Positions 61,496-64,000 of a stretch of DNA of 64,000 nt are shown here, piece by piece. The notes under the pieces were generated by a model. That model was not told the origin of the DNA, ran no database searches, and saw nothing but the letters and a program-made list of their open reading frames with translations. The position numbers were made by a program, and so were the translations under genes. The DNA lies in NCBI GenBank assembly GCA_020621985.1, contig JAHRYS010000002.1, positions 241,730 through 305,729 of the forward strand, read 5' to 3'. Numbering within the stretch: position 1 is the first letter of the stretch; every line of letters starts with the position of its first letter. Origin of the DNA: Candidatus Ferrigenium altingense (GTDB lineage Bacteria; Pseudomonadota; Gammaproteobacteria; Burkholderiales; Gallionellaceae).

Positions 61496-62176
61496 ATGGA
61501 ACGCAAACTATACTGGGGTGTTGGCATCCTTTCGATTCTGATTCTGGTGGGCTCGTTTTTCATGCCCGGTAAACCCGGCGTCCAGAACGATCTGCCATGG
61601 CATATCGAACACCCCGCACCGGACACGACGCGCATCTTTGGCCTGACGCTTGAGTCAAGCACCGCCAGCGAAGCGGAACAGCGTTTCCACGAAGAAGCCA
61701 AGCCCAGTTTGTTCAAGTCGCCGGATGGGCAACTGGTCGCGGAGATGTTCTTCGAGCAGGTCACCCTGGCGGGACTGAAATCCAGAATCGTCATCAATAT
61801 CGCCGTTCCCGCAGCAGAGTTGCAGGCCATGTATGAACGCGGCCTGCGTATCAGCGGGACGGGCGGCGGGGCAGGCGGCGGAAAAAAAATCACGCCGGCG
61901 CCGGATGATGCAGCCAGGCTGCGCGCGCTGCCGATCGGCAGCCTGACCTATATGCCTTCGGTTCGTCTGGAAGAGGAAATTTTCCTCAAGCGTTTCGGTC
62001 AGCCGAGCCAGCGCATCAGGGAAAAGGAAAGCGGCGCGGTCCACTGGCTGTACCCGCAAGACGGTTTGGACATCACCCTGGGCGGCGAAGAAAAACCCGT
62101 GCTGCAATATGTCCCGCCCAAGGACTTCGGCAAGCTGCGGCAACCTTTGCTGGCAAACGGAGAAGTGCTCGGTTAG
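61496..62176 (+). CDS. Hypothetical membrane-anchored periplasmic protein
   Basis: N-terminal TM helix, LPWHI, RFGQP, HWLYP..GLD and VLQYV.P; host-like codon usage. Confidence 0.75.
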   Translation: MERKLYWGVGILSILILVGSFFMPGKPGVQNDLPWHIEHPAPDTTRIFGLTLESSTASEAEQRFHEEAKPSLFKSPDGQLVAEMFFEQVTLAGLKSRIVINIAVPAAELQAMYERGLRISGTGGGAGGGKKITPAPDDAARLRALPIGSLTYMPSVRLEEEIFLKRFGQPSQRIREKESGAVHWLYPQDGLDITLGGEEKPVLQYVPPKDFGKLRQPLLANGEVLG

Positions 62177-62227
62177 ATTTAACAGCTAGGTGTCCGGCAC
62201 GACTTCCGCTTTCGACACATAGCGGAA

Positions 62228-62290
62228 GTTCAACGTGAAGGTGAGGGGAGCCGCGCTTTTGCGCAGTCCCTCTCGACTGCCGGGTTGGGC
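62228..62290 (-). mobile_element. Integron attC site (63 bp)
   Basis: Minus strand reads GCCCAAC-CCGGCAGTCGAGAGGGACTGCGCAAAAGCGCGGCTCCCCTCACCTTCAC-GTTGAAC (RYYYAAC...GTTRRRY, imperfect palindrome), immediately after the ORF stop codon. Confidence 0.85.
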
Positions 62291-62291
62291 C

Positions 62292-62627
62292 TCACAGCCA
62301 TAGCATTGCCGCTGATAACGGAATGCCGAAAAGCACGCCCAAAGAGCTAGCGATCTGCGAGCGCGGCCCAAGAACGGGAAACAGCAAGCGCACGAATATG
62401 TTTGCCGCCACGATGACAACCAAGGCGTGCCACCATGCACCTGAGTAAGCAGAAGCTATGACTGCGCCTATAAGCGCGACATACGCGAGGCCCTGCAACC
62501 AAGAAAAGTCTCCAGCGAGCCACGCGCCCACCGGCCAACCACGAGGGTTGGCGTAACCTGCGTAAGCGATGATCGCCCAGCCGAAGCCAGCGGTGAGCGC
62601 AAATACAGCGAGTTTGACTATTTCCAT
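62292..62627 (-). CDS. Gene-cassette-encoded small multi-TM hypothetical protein (111 aa)
   Basis: Very short leader after the upstream core site GTTGGGC (62652-62658), followed by the attC site. Confidence 0.75.
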   Translation of the reverse strand: MEIVKLAVFALTAGFGWAIIAYAGYANPRGWPVGAWLAGDFSWLQGLAYVALIGAVIASAYSGAWWHALVVIVAANIFVRLLFPVLGPRSQIASSLGVLFGIPLSAAMLWL

Positions 62628-62658
62628 CTCGGTTACCTGTCTTGTCGTGAAGCCCAAC

Positions 62659-64000
62659 GAAGCTGTAGAAAAAGTCTATTCATACCCGCATCGTGCCGTG
62701 AACCAAAACAAAGATCAAGGTCGAAGCTGACGGCGATATTTTGGGGGAAGAGAATGGCACGTTACAAACACATCGACACCAGCCCGCGATTCCTTGCGGT
62801 GGACTTGCAGCGGCAGTTGTTGCCCGGCACTTTTGAGCATGCGCTGAATCATCTGCTTGACCGCGAGATTGACCTGGCCGGTTTCGATACACGATATGCG
62901 AACGATGTCACCGGCGCTGCGGCTTATCCGCCCGCAATGCTGCTCAAGGTCGTGCTGTTCGCCTATTCGCGCGGCATTGTCAGCAGCCGCAACATCGAAC
63001 GCGCCTGCCGCGAACACATCACCTTCATCGCCCTGTCCGGCGACAGCCAACCGCACTTCACCACCATCGCCGGATTCGTTTCCTCGCTGGGAGACGACAT
63101 CGCCGCAATCTTTAGCCAGGTGCTGTTCATCTGCGACAAGCAGGGTTTGATCGGGCGCGAAATGTTTGCCATCGATGGTGTGAAACTGCCGAGCAACGCC
63201 TCCAAGGCCAAAAGCGGTAACCGAGCCGACTTCGAGCATCAAGTGAGCAAACTCGAAGCGGCGGCGAAGACCATGCTCGAACGGCATCGCGAAGCAGACC
63301 AGCGCGCCAGCGAACCCGACCTCGACACCCAAGAAACCCAACGCATCGCCCGCCTGCAAACCGATGCCGCGCAAATCCGGCAATGGCTGAGCGATCACCC
63401 GGAAGATCGTAAAGGCAGCAAAGGCACGATCCGCAAGAGCAACCGCACCGACAACGAATCGGCAAAGATGGCGACGAGCAAAGGCGTGATTCAGGGCTAC
63501 ACCGGCGTAGCCGCCGTCGACGCCCGCCACCAGATCATCGTCGAAGCGCAGGCGCATGGCACCGGCAGCGAACAAGAATTGCTGATCCCGGTCGTGACCG
63601 CGATGAAAGAAGTTCTGGCGCACGACACACTTATCACCGCCGACGCGGGATATCACTCCGAGGCCAACCTCAAGGAATTGGCGGCACACAACATTGACGC
63701 ACTGATCGCCGACAACAACATGCGGGGCCGCGACGAACGCTTCGCCGGGCAGGGCAAATACAAAGCCTTGCCTGACCCGATCCACGACAAAGGCGGCAAA
63801 CCCAAGAAGGCCGTGCGCTACCAACCGAAAGATTTCGATTACGACCCACAAGCGGGAACGTGTACCTGCCCGGCGGGAAAACAACTCTATGGCAACGGCA
63901 GCGGCTGCACGATCAACGGCTATGCGGCGGTGAAATTCCAAGGCGCGCAACGCGACTGCCTGCCGTGTACACACCGGGAGCGCTGTCTGCTTAGGCCGCA
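62659..64000 (+). mobile_element. IS1182-family insertion sequence (left part)
   Basis: The end sequence GAAGCTGTAGAAAAAGTC precedes a transposase ORF. The right end is outside the window. Confidence 0.8.
62754..64000 (+). CDS. IS1182-family DDE transposase (truncated by the window edge)
   Basis: Manual translation: MARYKHIDTSPRFLAVDL...AYPPAMLLKVVLFAYSRGIVSSR.IE...AIDGVK...TDNESAKM...ADAGY...CPAG. Confidence 0.92.
   Translation, partial: MARYKHIDTSPRFLAVDLQRQLLPGTFEHALNHLLDREIDLAGFDTRYANDVTGAAAYPPAMLLKVVLFAYSRGIVSSRNIERACREHITFIALSGDSQPHFTTIAGFVSSLGDDIAAIFSQVLFICDKQGLIGREMFAIDGVKLPSNASKAKSGNRADFEHQVSKLEAAAKTMLERHREADQRASEPDLDTQETQRIARLQTDAAQIRQWLSDHPEDRKGSKGTIRKSNRTDNESAKMATSKGVIQGYTGVAAVDARHQIIVEAQAHGTGSEQELLIPVVTAMKEVLAHDTLITADAGYHSEANLKELAAHNIDALIADNNMRGRDERFAGQGKYKALPDPIHDKGGKPKKAVRYQPKDFDYDPQAGTCTCPAGKQLYGNGSGCTINGYAAVKFQGAQRDCLPCTHRERCLLRP

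Noticed and set aside
62187-62200. Similarity of GGTGTCCGG here to GGTGCCCGG in the DUF486 insertion
   Set aside because: Only 8 of 9 nt match, too short to support a shared element without a search.
62715-63974. 419-aa minus-strand ORF
   Set aside because: It is antisense to the IS1182 transposase, which the ORF track missed because it has no stop codon within the window.

Overview
A GC-rich betaproteobacterial chromosomal segment. The gene set and order suggest a microaerophilic Gallionellaceae/Nitrosomonadales-type organism, but this is inference. Core blocks in order: rhodanese / CDF transporter; sigma54- and NtrC-controlled glnA-DUF4124-ntrB-ntrC; a minus-strand run metH-GmrSD-like nuclease-2x FKBP-DUF486-mpl; pabB; a microoxic block (Fnr-like regulator, ompW, cytochrome c peroxidase, cbb3 oxidase ccoNOQP-GH); a flagellin glycosylation island (TPR-GT41, VioA-like aminotransferase, MNT-HEPN toxin-antitoxin, ATP-grasp/HAD, two methyltransferases, radical SAM); two very short flagellins followed by flaG-fliDST-fliK-like-flhB-like and 2x ycgR; kdsD-kdsC-lptCAB-rpoN-hpf-ptsN-hprK-rapZ-NusGII-Gx-ubiX; mutY, asmA, hemN/fnr; and, at the right edge, a complete integron gene cassette with an IS1182 element inserted against its GTT core site. 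Intergenic DNA carries several families of REP/MITE-like palindromes. The most notable observations are: (1) the glycosylation island, in which wbqC appears to survive only as a fragment ahead of an ATP-grasp/radical-SAM/methyltransferase set, next to ultra-short Ser/Thr-rich flagellins; (2) a candidate FNR-driven sRNA behind a duplicated 34-bp promoter module; (3) the attC cassette/IS1182 junction. No rRNA, tRNA or CRISPR array was recognised. All calls were made by eye without database searches.
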